Origin: Welwitschia mirabilis
Lineage: Eukaryota
Length of the DNA: 32,616 nt
Reading direction: 5' to 3'
NCBI GenBank assembly: GCA_051453625.1
Contig: JBOZIK010000001.1
Coordinates: 23,530,166-23,562,781, forward strand
In this document: piece after piece, positions 13,421-24,302 of the stretch
Numbering within the stretch: the stretch's first letter is position 1
Layout of the letters: each line of letters starts with the position of its first letter
Notes under the pieces: model-generated
Databases searched by the model: none
What the model was told of the DNA's origin: nothing
The model's input: only the letters and a program-made list of their open reading frames with translations
Translations under genes and position numbers: made by a program

Positions 13421-13482
13421 TGTTATTACACTATTTGTCAATTCTTCATAATGGATATATTTCTACTTACCATTAGATTGGT

Positions 13483-13716
13483 GGTTAACCTCTTCAATGA
13501 TCTGGTTGACCCCTGAAGAATTTAGTTAACCTCCTTCAGGGATTGGTCAACCCCATGAGTTACATTTATGGATCTATCTGAAGGTGGTTGACCTTGAGTT
13601 TATAATAGTCAACCATTAGGTAATCGACCCATGTTTAGGAGATAGTCAACCACTAGTTAAATCTTTCCATTTCTTAAACAACTTACAGTCGACCCCCTGG
13701 AGAATGTCAATCAACC
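13483..13716. repeat. Array of about 10 GGTCGACC-derived palindromes
   Basis: GGTTAACC 13483, GGTTGACC 13504, AGTTAACC 13524, GGTCAACC 13545, GGTTGACC 13586, AGTCAACC 13607, AATCGACC 13622, AGTCAACC 13644, AGTCGACC 13687, AATCAACC 13709. Confidence 0.85.
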
Positions 13717-14813
13717 ACCTAAAGGTTTTTTCATAGTTTACTTCAGGTCTTTCATGGTTTTATGTCTAACAATCTTGACTATTATCTTGTGCTTATGGTT
13801 CCTTGCTTAGCTTTAGAAATATCCTCTAGTTTCAGCTTTAAGGCATCTAATTTATCCTATAAAATCATTATTGCGTTAATCATATAGGATGAGATTTGTC
13901 TTATTATCAACTGACAATTAGAAGGTGCAAAAAAGATGAGATCCTTGAATGTTTTTCCTTTTTATGACATCATGCATTACATGAATTGAATGGAAAAAGT
14001 AGCACCTATTATCAAAATAAATCCAAATATTGAGACATTCCCTAAGAAGTCTAATGTTTAACCTCTAACCATGTGCACCATAAAAACAACTTTCTAGTAA
14101 AGAGTGCATCCTTAATATTGAGCTAATACTTACTCTTGAATACCTAAAATATGCATTCCTAAGAGATAATTAACCTAATCATATAGTTTTATTTACTAAT
14201 TTCTCCACTTCCCAAGAAGAATCCTTAGTTATTGTGCTCAAAAAATATAAGAGGGGTATAGTTTTAGCAAGTGAGTCTAATTTACCTTAATACAATTGTT
14301 AACTTAGGTGATGAAACATAAAGAGCTATTATATTTCATATTTCAATGACATAACCTCTCTCACTTGAAAAATCATTATAAATAAAAGACCTTTCTAAAT
14401 AAAAATAATAATTTAGAACTCATTTAATTAAGGAAAAAAGACATAAAGTATGATGAAATACATATAATTACACCAACATAAGTTTAAGACTTAGGTAGGT
14501 GGTTCATGGAAGAATCACCTTTGTAACCAAAATAATAATTTTTTGTTTTATTTCTTTTATGATGAAATAACAAGTTTGTAATAAAGTTTTATTATAAATT
14601 GAGTACTAATTAAACTATTATCGATTAGATTATATAAAATATTAGTTACTTTTACTTTGTTTATGTTTACTACTCTTGAAAAAATTTTAATGGCTATGAG
14701 ACAAACTTAAAAAACGCTTTTATATAAAACAAATTTTCATACTTCTGCTTTCATATAATTCTAATATTATATTAGATAATTTATACTCTAAAGTTTAACA
14801 TGGTATTATATCT

Positions 14814-15043
14814 AAAGGTTAAAGTTATTAGATGTTAAAGATGGAGCTAATGAAGCATGAAACTTAGAGCTAAAGGTTGAAGTTCTTGAATGTTAAAGAT
14901 GAAGTTTATGAAGGACTAGACTTAAAGTCAAAGGTTAAAGTGCTAAAATATTAAAGATAAACCTCATAAAATAATAACTTTGCGGTCATGGTCTAAATCT
15001 TGAAAATATAAAAGATAAATTAGAGTAAAGTTTAACTTGAGTT
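14814..15043 (+). repeat. Degenerate 58-bp tandem repeat, about 4 units
   Basis: Units start at 14814, 14872, 14930 and 14988 and share AAAGGTTRAAGT...ATGTTAAAGAT...ACTT. The fourth unit is the most diverged. Confidence 0.8.
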
Positions 15044-15069
15044 AAACTTAAGATATAGTAGAAAAAAAA

Positions 15070-16130
15070 GAAGTTTGTTGATGACACAAAATAAGTCACA
15101 ACAGAAAATTGTAACTATTAGCAAATGAAATAAATTTTTTTAATTTTATGCATTAAAAAGTAATAATCAAATTCCAATTATGGTTGGAGTTAATATTTGA
15201 ATCAAAATCATAACGATTCCTTTAAATTAAGGAACTATAGAAGGAAAGAAAGTAAAGTCATTTTCATCTGCTATCTAGTTTCTAAAAGGCTTACAAAAGA
15301 TGAAGTAGCTAAGTCCTAGGATAATTAAGTTCATGAAGTTCATCTTTAGTAATTTGAGTTGCATTAAAGAATCAGAAGATGATTTCATTAAAGATTAATA
15401 TGTTATAATCATAGTTGATAAAACTAAAAGGACAATTAGTAACCTTAGAGATTAAAAATTAATAACATTTAAAAAGAATTATCCATCATAACATAGATAG
15501 AAGATAACAAGTTTCATGTGATAACTATAGTACTATAATCCTATCTTGTGGAGTGATGAATTAGCTAATCTAAGATAGATAGAAGATAAAAAGCTAGCAT
15601 ACTTGAGGTGTTTTACAAACATCTACTGGAAAACATAATGATGAAACTATAAACTCGATAAGTTGGCAACATAGTTGATGCAAAGTTATTCTTATCCAAT
15701 AAAGACAAAGTTTGTCAATCACTAAAAAATCTTATGTAGGAGCCAAAATGGAGTACAAGATTTTGCTTTCCATCATAGAAAAACATGAACATCCACTTAC
15801 ATCTTCCCTATCTCCAAAAACATTATTATTGATGAAATAATGTTTTATAAATGTAATGTCCAAATTTCCATAACTAATTCTAAGTGGTGTATAGTAAAAT
15901 ACCATAGTCGAGATTATAGTTCTTGATGTTTACCTAAGTTATTATGATATTATTATGACAATTATGTTAAAACCATGACTAAAGATGATGAGCAAGATCA
16001 AAACTTCAATGATTTGAAGGGAGAATAAGATTTTACTAATAAAATTTTCATATTTCATTTTGCCATAATAGCTAATTATTTTATGTAGACAAGTACTAAT
16101 GACAAACTAAAGTTATTATTAAATGGACTA
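15070..16130 (+). pseudogene. Possible RPA1 (RPA70)-like OB-fold protein relic, highly degenerate
   Basis: Colinear peptide fragments across frames: KFIFSNLSCIKESEDDFIKD*YVIIIV, PILWSDELA, FYKCNV, KDDEQDQNFNDL..FTNKIFIFHF. They loosely recall RPA1 FxFxxIxxI...VDVIGVV, TLWG, the Zn ribbon and QDEEKF...FxKYIFKL. Many stops; similarity judged by eye only. Confidence 0.3.
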
Positions 16131-17027
16131 AATTAGAAATTAGCTAAGTAAGAACTTTTAAGCCAATAGCAAAGAGAAAATTAATATGAATATAGCCAAA
16201 AATATAATTTATTTAGAAATAGCACTTAATGTATTAAAGCTAAGGACCTTTAGTTTGTCAAACGTGATGATTACCAAAATGTACCAAATCAAATTCTTAT
16301 TATTTACTTCACAAATTTAGATTCATTTACTTTACTTCACAAATTTATATTCCTCTGCTTTGGTTCCATAACATCTAGTAGTTCAAAGGTAATGCTTTAT
16401 TATTTAATACTTTGATCATTCAATGCATTACTGCTTTTTGTACATCTTAATCATGAAAGAACTTTGTAAAAGTTGTAGCCTTCATTTACCATTTCCTTTT
16501 TTTTAAATCAATGAATGTGTAATCCATTGATGTTTATACAAAATCATTTGTCTTTTAAGAGACCTCTCTCTTAATAATATATTGAACTTTTGAGACCTTC
16601 AAATGTTAATGAAATTTTAAGAGACATATCATGATTCATGATCATTAACAAGGAGGGTAATAAAGAAATCATAATAAAAGTAGAGCCCTTTTTTTTCAAA
16701 CTCATGGACCTTCATTCAAATCATGGTAGGAAAATTTGAACAACTAACCACATGATATTTAAATAACAGTAAGAGGAGTGAGATTTTGTTTTTCGAATGT
16801 TGATAAAAATCTTTGTCATGAATGGTCCATTATTGGACACCCCTGTGGAGTAAACTTGGAGCAAGTAGGCCTATCCCTAACCCATCCATTAGGTGAATCA
16901 TGGTTTATCCTTATAAATTATCACTATCATTTCTTAGGCAAGGATCGAAAAAAGTTTATTTAACATTGGTTTCATTGATATGTTGTAGCTATTAAACGAT
17001 CCTCAATGCATAGAGTCACATAAGGAA

Positions 17028-17066
17028 ATATATGTATGTATATGTGTGTGTATATATATATATATA
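17028..17066. repeat. Compound microsatellite (TATG)n(TG)n(TA)n
   Basis: ATATATGTATGTATATGTGTGTGTATATATATATATATA seen directly. Confidence 0.9.
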
Positions 17067-17519
17067 ATGTAGTCATTTTTCTATTAATTACTTATAGGAA
17101 AAAAAATAAAATGGCATTAAGTAAACTCAAACTAAGACATTTTACCTAATAAACAAGGGACCTAACCAATTACACATCGTAACTTTCTTAAAAAGAATGC
17201 AGAAGATAAACATAAGTTGTTATATGCCATTGAAGGAAACCAAATAATGGCTAGAAATTATACAAATTCTAAGGAATTAAAGCATAGAATGTTTTCTTCT
17301 CACCCTTAGTTAATGCAAAATTTAATAACTAGCTACAATATTATCCAAGTGCTCTAACTAGAACATGTAGGAAACATCAAGTAATGAAAACATGACTTTA
17401 AGACAATGAACACAATAACACAATTTTCCAACTATAGATGTTAATGTTGTTTAGTGCTTGCATCAACTTTAGGATCTACATAATACTAGTATGGTATGGG
17501 AACATTGTGTTCATCAAAA

Positions 17520-17946
17520 TCCCTAGTATGAACCAAGGTAAGAAATGGCTAGGAAAGGATTCAAGGTTACAAGGTAAGGGAAATTAGGTGTAACTTTAGG
17601 CTTTTGATCAAGACCACATAGTTTGAGTTAGTTCTTTTTAGTTTACTATTACTAGATTTCAGATTCTAGTAATCTAGTTGCACCCTATCAAATTTTTATG
17701 CACACTTTTCCCCTTTTACTTTAGTAGTCCATTTCCATGGCTATGGAAAATACCAATAGAGATATTTACAATCTGAAATCTATACAAGTAATTAACCTCG
17801 TCGGTAATTTGCTTATTTTACCAAAAAATCTTCAAAGAAACCTAAAACATACTCTAATAATAATATTAAATATAGCTAATTTGGCCTTATAACAAACCTC
17901 TTTAATAGTTCATAGATTTTAATCAATCCATGATATCCAACCATTT
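17520..17946 (-). pseudogene. pol: CRM integrase fragments downstream of the Copia insertion point
   Basis: VGYHGLIKIYELLKRF (cf. GHFGxxKTxxLL, HHCC region), ISDCKYLYWYFP*PWKWTTKVK (cf. VSDRDxKFxSxFWxTLWxxxGTKLK) and LKRTNSNYVVL (cf. LKKINxNAYVVxL). The short spacing implies internal deletions. Confidence 0.55.
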
Positions 17947-17951
17947 TCTTA

Positions 17952-20241
17952 TATCATATTATGTGACCTAATGTGATCATCATAATATTGTACATGTTTA
18001 TTTTCATATGTGCCTAGTCTCAATTAGTTAGACAAGTTTTTTTTTTTTTTTTTAATGTTATGTCAACATAGGTTTCAAAAAGCTATGTTTTTTAGGAAAG
18101 AAAATGGATTTTTCCCACATTCTTTAAGTGAAATGAAATGCCATCCACTTAGATTACAAAAGCATGTAAATAGACATAAATTTCAAAAAAAAAAAAAAAA
18201 AAAGCTTAATACCTCTTGAAGAGATGAATAGAATTCCACCAAATTCAAGATTCATTTTTAGTGTGCTTCATGTTTGCTAAATTTGTATCTGATGCTTGAT
18301 TCAATGCTTGAAAGATTAATAAATGCCACATTTTAACTTCAATAAGCTTTAACAACAATAGGTGTTTTAGTATCTTAAGTGAATTTAGCTTGATCATGGT
18401 CCATACTTTAATTATAGGTTTATTTAATGTTTAAATACATNNNNNNNNNNNNNNNNNNNNNNNNNNNNNNNNNNNNNNNNNNNNNNNNNNNNNNNNNNNN
18501 NNNNNNNNNNNNNNNNNNNNNNNNNNNNNNNNNNNNNNNNNNNNNNNNNNNNNNNNNNNNNNNNNNNNNNNNNNNNNNNNNNNNNNNNNNNNNNNNNNNN
18601 NNNNNNNNNNNNNNNNNNNNNNNNNNNNNNNNNNNNNNNNNNNNNNNNNNNNNNNNNNNNNNNNNNNNNNNNNNNNNNNNNNNNNNNNNNNNNNNNNNNN
18701 NNNNNNNNNNNNNNNNNNNNNNNNNNNNNNNNNNNNNNNNNNNNNNNNNNNNNNNNNNNNNNNNNNNNNNNNNNNNNNNNNNNNNNNNNNNNNNNNNNNN
18801 NNNNNNNNNNNNNNNNNNNNNNNNNNNNNNNNNNNNNNNNNNNNNNNNNNNNNNNNGATATTTGTTAAAGATCAGGTTATTTTGATGAAATAAGAGTTCA
18901 TATCAACCAATAAGAAAGATTCAAACTCATACTTGTGAAATTTAGTCAAATATTAATGATCTTTAAAGATTTCTTGAAGGATTTAATCATTTAAAGAGAT
19001 TGTTGTGTCATTTCATAAAAGAAAGAAAAGATTTTTGTATTTGACCAAAGATCATAAAATAATGATTTTTTTAAGGCTTTAAATTCANNNNNNNNNNNNN
19101 NNNNNNNNNNNNNNNNNNNNNNNNNNNNNNNNNNNNNNNNNNNNNNNNNNNNNNNNNNNNNNNNNNNNNNNNNNNNNNNNNNNNNNNATTTCATAAAAGA
19201 AAGAAAAGATTTTTGTATTTGACCAAAGATCATAAAAGAATGATTTTTTTAAGGCTTTAAATTCACTTTTGAAGTATTATATATGTTCTAGACATGTTAC
19301 TAGATGAGTTGGCCTTCAAATTTCACCATTAGAACTTCGTTTTAGTGTTTTTTAGATCCTATTTCAAAACTGACTTGTAGGATAAACGTCTTTCAAAAGA
19401 TAGACGTCTATGATCCATGAGATAGATGTCTTTCATCCTTAAATATGTATTTACATAACTCAATTNNNNNNNNNNNNNNNNNNNNNNNNNNNNNNNNNNN
19501 NNNNNNNNNNNNNNNNNNNNNNNNNNNNNNNNNNNNNNNNNNNNNNNNNNNNNNNNNNNNNNNNNTATTTCAAAACTGACTTATAGGCTAAACGTCTTTT
19601 AAAAGATAGACGTCTATGATCCATGAGATATATGTCTTTCATCCTTAAATATGTATTTACATAACTCAATTTTCAAGTCATTAAAAAAATAGACATCTAC
19701 CAGTTTCAAAGATGTCTTTGCAAAATAGAAATTTGATTATAAGGTATAGAACTTTTAGGATAGTCATCTAACACATCAAAGACATCTTTTGTTGACTCAT
19801 TGAACTCAAGAAAGATGTTTGACAGGTCAAAGATATCTATGCATCCAACAGATATCTTTCAACATCAAAGATATCTTTAGCTCAAANNNNNNNNNNNNNN
19901 NNNNNNNNNNNNNNNNNNNNNNNNNNNNNNNNNNNNNNNNNNNNNNNNNNNNNNNNNNNNNNNNNNNNNNNNNNNNNNNNNNNNNNTTCAAGTCATTAAA
20001 AAAATAGACATCTGCTAGTTTCAAAGATGTCTTTGCAAAATAGAAATTTGATTATAAAGTATAGAACTTTTAGAATAGTCATCTAACACGTCAAAGACAT
20101 CTTTTGTTGACTTATTAAACTCAAGAAAGATGTTTGATAGGTCAAAGATGTCTATGCATCCAATAGATATCTTTTAACATCAAAGATATCTTCAGTTCAA
20201 ATCAGCCTAAATCAATTAGACTCACCAAGCTTCTACTAGTA
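17952..20241 (+). repeat. 5' LTR of the Copia element (inflated by gaps)
   Basis: Both LTRs start TATCATATTATGTG. This copy ends GCTTCTACTAGTA versus GCTTCTATTAACA in the 3' LTR. Confidence 0.88.
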
Positions 20242-20244
20242 AAG

Positions 20245-20255
20245 TAGTATATAGC
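20245..20255 (+). promoter_or_regulatory. Degenerate PBS (tRNA-iMet)
   Basis: TAGTATATAGC, 3 nt after the LTR end, versus canonical TGGTATCAGAGC. Confidence 0.6.
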
Positions 20256-20342
20256 ATGGAAGATTTATAAATCATTTTAAAATCAAGGTTTGTGGATATT
20301 TCTTCATTAAAAGCAAGGTTGTTTTACTTCATCTTTAAACTC

Positions 20343-23300
20343 ATGGATAAGAAAATTCCAAAATGCTCTATTATTTTCAATGGATCACAAGATTTCCCAT
20401 ACTATCTTCATTTAATGAAATTTTTATTAAAAATTAGTAAGTATAGTAATGTTGTAGAAAATGGATTTTGTTCTCTTGCAAGTTTGGATGTGTTGAACAG
20501 AGAACAAAGGAGGAAACATGACTTAAATCAAAAGGTAGATTCACTAGCTAAAATGATAATATGCACTTCAGTATTAGAAGTAATTAGTATAAGAACTATT
20601 ATCAAAGGTACATCAAAAGAGTATTGGGACTAGCTTCAATCAAAATCCAAAGGCATAGTTGAAAATAAATAGATCAAGTAAATGAGGTACAAAAAGGAAT
20701 TTAATGATCTTTATATTTAAAGAGGTAAAGCACTTAATCATTTTCTTAATAGAATGTATAAAACTTTATAAAATTTGGATGAATATGATTGTGGACTTAG
20801 TGCCAGTCAAAAGATTGATAAGTTGATTCAGGTATTGCACAATGATCATAGATACAAACAATGCATGATCACCACTCTCCAAATCAAGGATCTTAATATC
20901 TACATTACTAATGAGTTAGTAACTCAATTGAAGACATTGGAGGATTTGAAAGTATATGACATCTTAAATAATAATGCATTTTTAGGAAGCAATCATCATG
21001 CTAGAGGAGCAAGAAATAATAGAGGTATAAGAAGAACAAATTATTAAATCCAAAGAAGGCAAGACGCATAAAATTTTTAAACCTTTAGAGGTGAAAATTA
21101 AAATTTTAGAGGACAACAAAGAGGAATAGGCCCAAACCCAAGAGGTAAAAGACAATAAAATTTTAGAAGAAGAGGAAATTTCTCTTCTAATAACTCTTCA
21201 TCATATGGACAAACTTCAAATCAAAAGCAAAGTTATATTTTTTGTGCGAATTGTAAAAAATGAGGTCATACAAAAGACAAATGTTGGTGGAAGATTGGCT
21301 TTTCATCCTTTGAATAAAATACATCTAATCATAAGAAATGGTGCCTTAACTTCATCATAGGTGCAAAATGACAAAGGAAAAGGCATTAAAGGAGGGCCTT
21401 CAAATTTTTAGCTATGATTACTACAAAACCTCTTAATTCTTCTACATGGTTGTGGATAGTGGCCGTTCTAATCACATGACACCTAATAAAGAAATGTTTC
21501 AAAATTTCAAGCCCATGGATTTAGGTCCCTTAAAATGGGAGATGGTGCATTCATTAAAGTTAAAGGTATTAATGATTTCAAGCTCATCTTAAATGATGGT
21601 AGGTACGTTAATGTACATGATTTTTTATATTTAAAAGTTATCCAATTCTCTTATTTCTATTGGAAAAATGGTGCAAAAGAAATCAAAGTTTCATTTGATA
21701 AGGTTAGTTGCACAATTAGAGACAATCAAGGAATTATATATAATCTTAAAAGATTGCCAAATTAGATTTATNNNNNNNNNNNNNNNNNNNNNNNNNNNNN
21801 NNNNNNNNNNNNNNNNNNNNNNNNNNNNNNNNNNNNNNNNNNNNNNNNNNNNNNNNNNNNNNNNNNNNNNNAGAAATGTTTCAAAATTTCAAGCCCATGG
21901 ATTGTTCATTAAAGTTAAAGGTATTAATGATTTCAAGCTCACTTTAAATGATGATAGGTACATTAATGTACATGATGTTCTTATATTTAAAAGTTATCCA
22001 ATTCTCTTATTTCTATTGGATAAATGATGGCAAAATAAATCAAAGTTTCATTTGATAAGGCTAGTTGCACAATTAGAGACAATCAAGGCATTATATATAA
22101 TCTTAAAAGATTGCCAAATCAGATTTATGAATTAACTACCATAGGTGGACAATAAGCATAAGAAAGATCAAAATTAATTCCTAGGTCTTTTTTGATTAAA
22201 TATGATTCAATTTTATGGCATATGAGATTAGGCCATTGCATGTATCAAAATATTATAAAGATGACAAAGGAGCATAGTGTGTTGAAAATCAAATGCTGTT
22301 ACATTCCAATTGAAATATGTGAAACATGCATTAAAGAAAAACAAAAGGGAAGTCATCATAATAGCCCAATGAAGAGGAAGACACAAACATTGGAGTTGGT
22401 TCACATGGATTTTATTAGACTAATGCAATCTTCTACATTTAAAGGACCTAGGTATTTTATGGTTATTATGGATGATTATTTAACATATACTTGGTCTTTC
22501 TTATTAAATTCAACAGATGAGGCTTTTTCCACCTTCAAACATTTCAAGAACAATATTGAAAATCAATTAAACACAAAAATAAAAGCAATTAGGAGTGANN
22601 NNNNNNNNNNNNNNNNNNNNNNNNNNNNNNNNNNNNNNNNNNNNNNNNNNNNNNNNNNNNNNNNNNNNNNNNNNNNNNNNNNNNNNNNNNNNNNNNNNGG
22701 TCTTTCTTATTAAATTCAATAGATGAGGCTTTATCGACCTTCAACCATTTCAAGAACAATATTGAAAATCAATTAAACACACAAATAAAAGCAATTAGGA
22801 GTGATAAAGGTGGTGATTTTGTGAATGAAGAGTTTGTGCAATTTTGTAATAAATATGGCATTCAAAAGCAAACCACATATGCCTATTATCCTCAATCTAA
22901 TGGCATTGTAGAAAGAAAAAATGGCATAATACAAGAAATGGCTAAATGTTTGTTTCTTCAATTCAAGTTGCTAAATACGTACTAGGGTGAGGCTATTACA
23001 ATAACAACTTATCTTCTCAATAGAGTTATTACATTAGCCAACTAAGGTAAGACACCTTATGAGCTCATTTTCAAAAGAGAACTAGTGTTATCTCATTTAA
23101 AAATAGTTGTTTGCATATGTTGGATGCATATTCCAAATCAATGGACATCAAAACTAGATTTAAGAAGTAAAAAAAATGCATTTTTATTAGCTATGACATT
23201 CAGATTTGTGCATACCATTATTTTGAGCCTATTAGTCACAAATACTTCATTTAAAGAGATGTAAAGTTTGATGAATTCAAGTGTGATTTTGGACATATCA

Positions 23301-24259
23301 TGGATGAAGAAAATAATATACAGTCAAAAGTTACCTCTAATTAATCACAAATTTCATTAAGATTTGTAAGAATCCTCCAATTCAAATACTTGATCAAAAT
23401 TTCAGTAGAAGTTTTATAACTATCCTCATATTGCTTATTCAACATTGGTAAGTGAGTCAAATTTAATTAATGAAGCAACTCCAATTTGGAAAGAGGTAAT
23501 GGACAAAGAAATGGTAGCCACCATGAAGAATAAAACATGGAAGATTATTGACAAGCCAAAAGGTAAGTAGATAATTGATTCAAAATGGATTTATAAAACA
23601 AAATTAAATGAAAATTATAATATCAAGGGTTACAAGAAAAGATTGGTAGTAAGAGGCTATAAACAAAATAAGCACATTCTTAGGTATGCGTTGGGAACTT
23701 TAAATTATGGATTAAAATTTGAAAAAGGAAATGGAAGATTACGTTGTTGCTCTAATGCTAATTGGGGTGGAATTCCAGATGATAGAAAATCCACTTCAGC
23801 TACCATAATTTTTCATGGAAACAATCCAATTCATTGGAAAATTAAAAATTAATGTGGAGACATTAATTGATATGTTTATTGACAATGTGCTAGTCATTTT
23901 ACTTTTTTAAGAGAATTCCTTCACAAGAAGTCAAAAAACATTAAAATCAAGTACTATTTCATCAAAAATAAAGTCAAGAAAGGAGTTATCAAGCTCATGA
24001 ACATTTCAACTCAATAATAATGGATAGATCTCATGACAAANNNNNNNNNNNNNNNNNNNNNNNNNNNNNNNNNNNNNNNNNNNNNNNNNNNNNNNNNNNN
24101 NNNNNNNNNNNNNNNNNNNNNNNNNNNNNNNNNNNNNNNNAGAAAGGAGTTGTCGGGCCCATGAACATTTCAACTGAAGAATAATGGATAGATCTCATGA
24201 CAAAGAGGATACCTCCATTTAAGATGAATAATTTATTTTCAAGACTAAACTTGATTTAA
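20343..24259 (+). pseudogene. gag-pol: Copia gag-pol polyprotein pseudogene
   Basis: gag TSKEYWD*L; Zn knuckle CANCKK*GHTKDKC (21243-21284); protease VDSGRSNHMT (about 21452); integrase LWHMRLGH, CETCIK, LELVHMD, IRSDKGGDF, PQSNGIVERKN; RT start WKEVMDKEM..KWIYKTK..YKKRLVVRGYKQ; RNase H SNANWGG..DRKSTS, KSKNIKIKYYFIK, DLMTK. Confidence 0.95.
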
Positions 24260-24302
24260 GTTGAAGATGCCAATTGTAATTACATCATTCCAAAGAAGGT
24301 AT

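Larger units (their letters stand above)
13027..13916 (-). mobile_element. Probable remainder (TATA/U3) of the Sirevirus-like 5' LTR
   Basis: Minus-strand TATAAATA near 13110-13117, an upstream array of GGTCGACC-derived palindromes, and TTATTATCAA near the end resembling the Sirevirus GTTATCATCAA terminus. The right boundary is uncertain. Confidence 0.55.

Noticed and set aside
13483..13716. Regularly spaced palindromic repeats as a CRISPR-like array
   Set aside because: The repeats are only 8 bp and degenerate, the spacers are about 13 bp, there are no cas genes, and the context is a plant LTR.
16303..16352. 22-bp direct repeat TTTACTTCACAAATTTAKATTC with period 28
   Set aside because: Only two copies; consistent with an ordinary local slippage duplication.
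17110..17178. tRNA/SINE-like boxes on the minus strand (TGTGTAATTGGTTAGG...AGTTTGAGT)
   Set aside because: The boxes are degenerate, there is no cloverleaf, correctly placed tail or TSD, and it overlaps the candidate CRM LTR.
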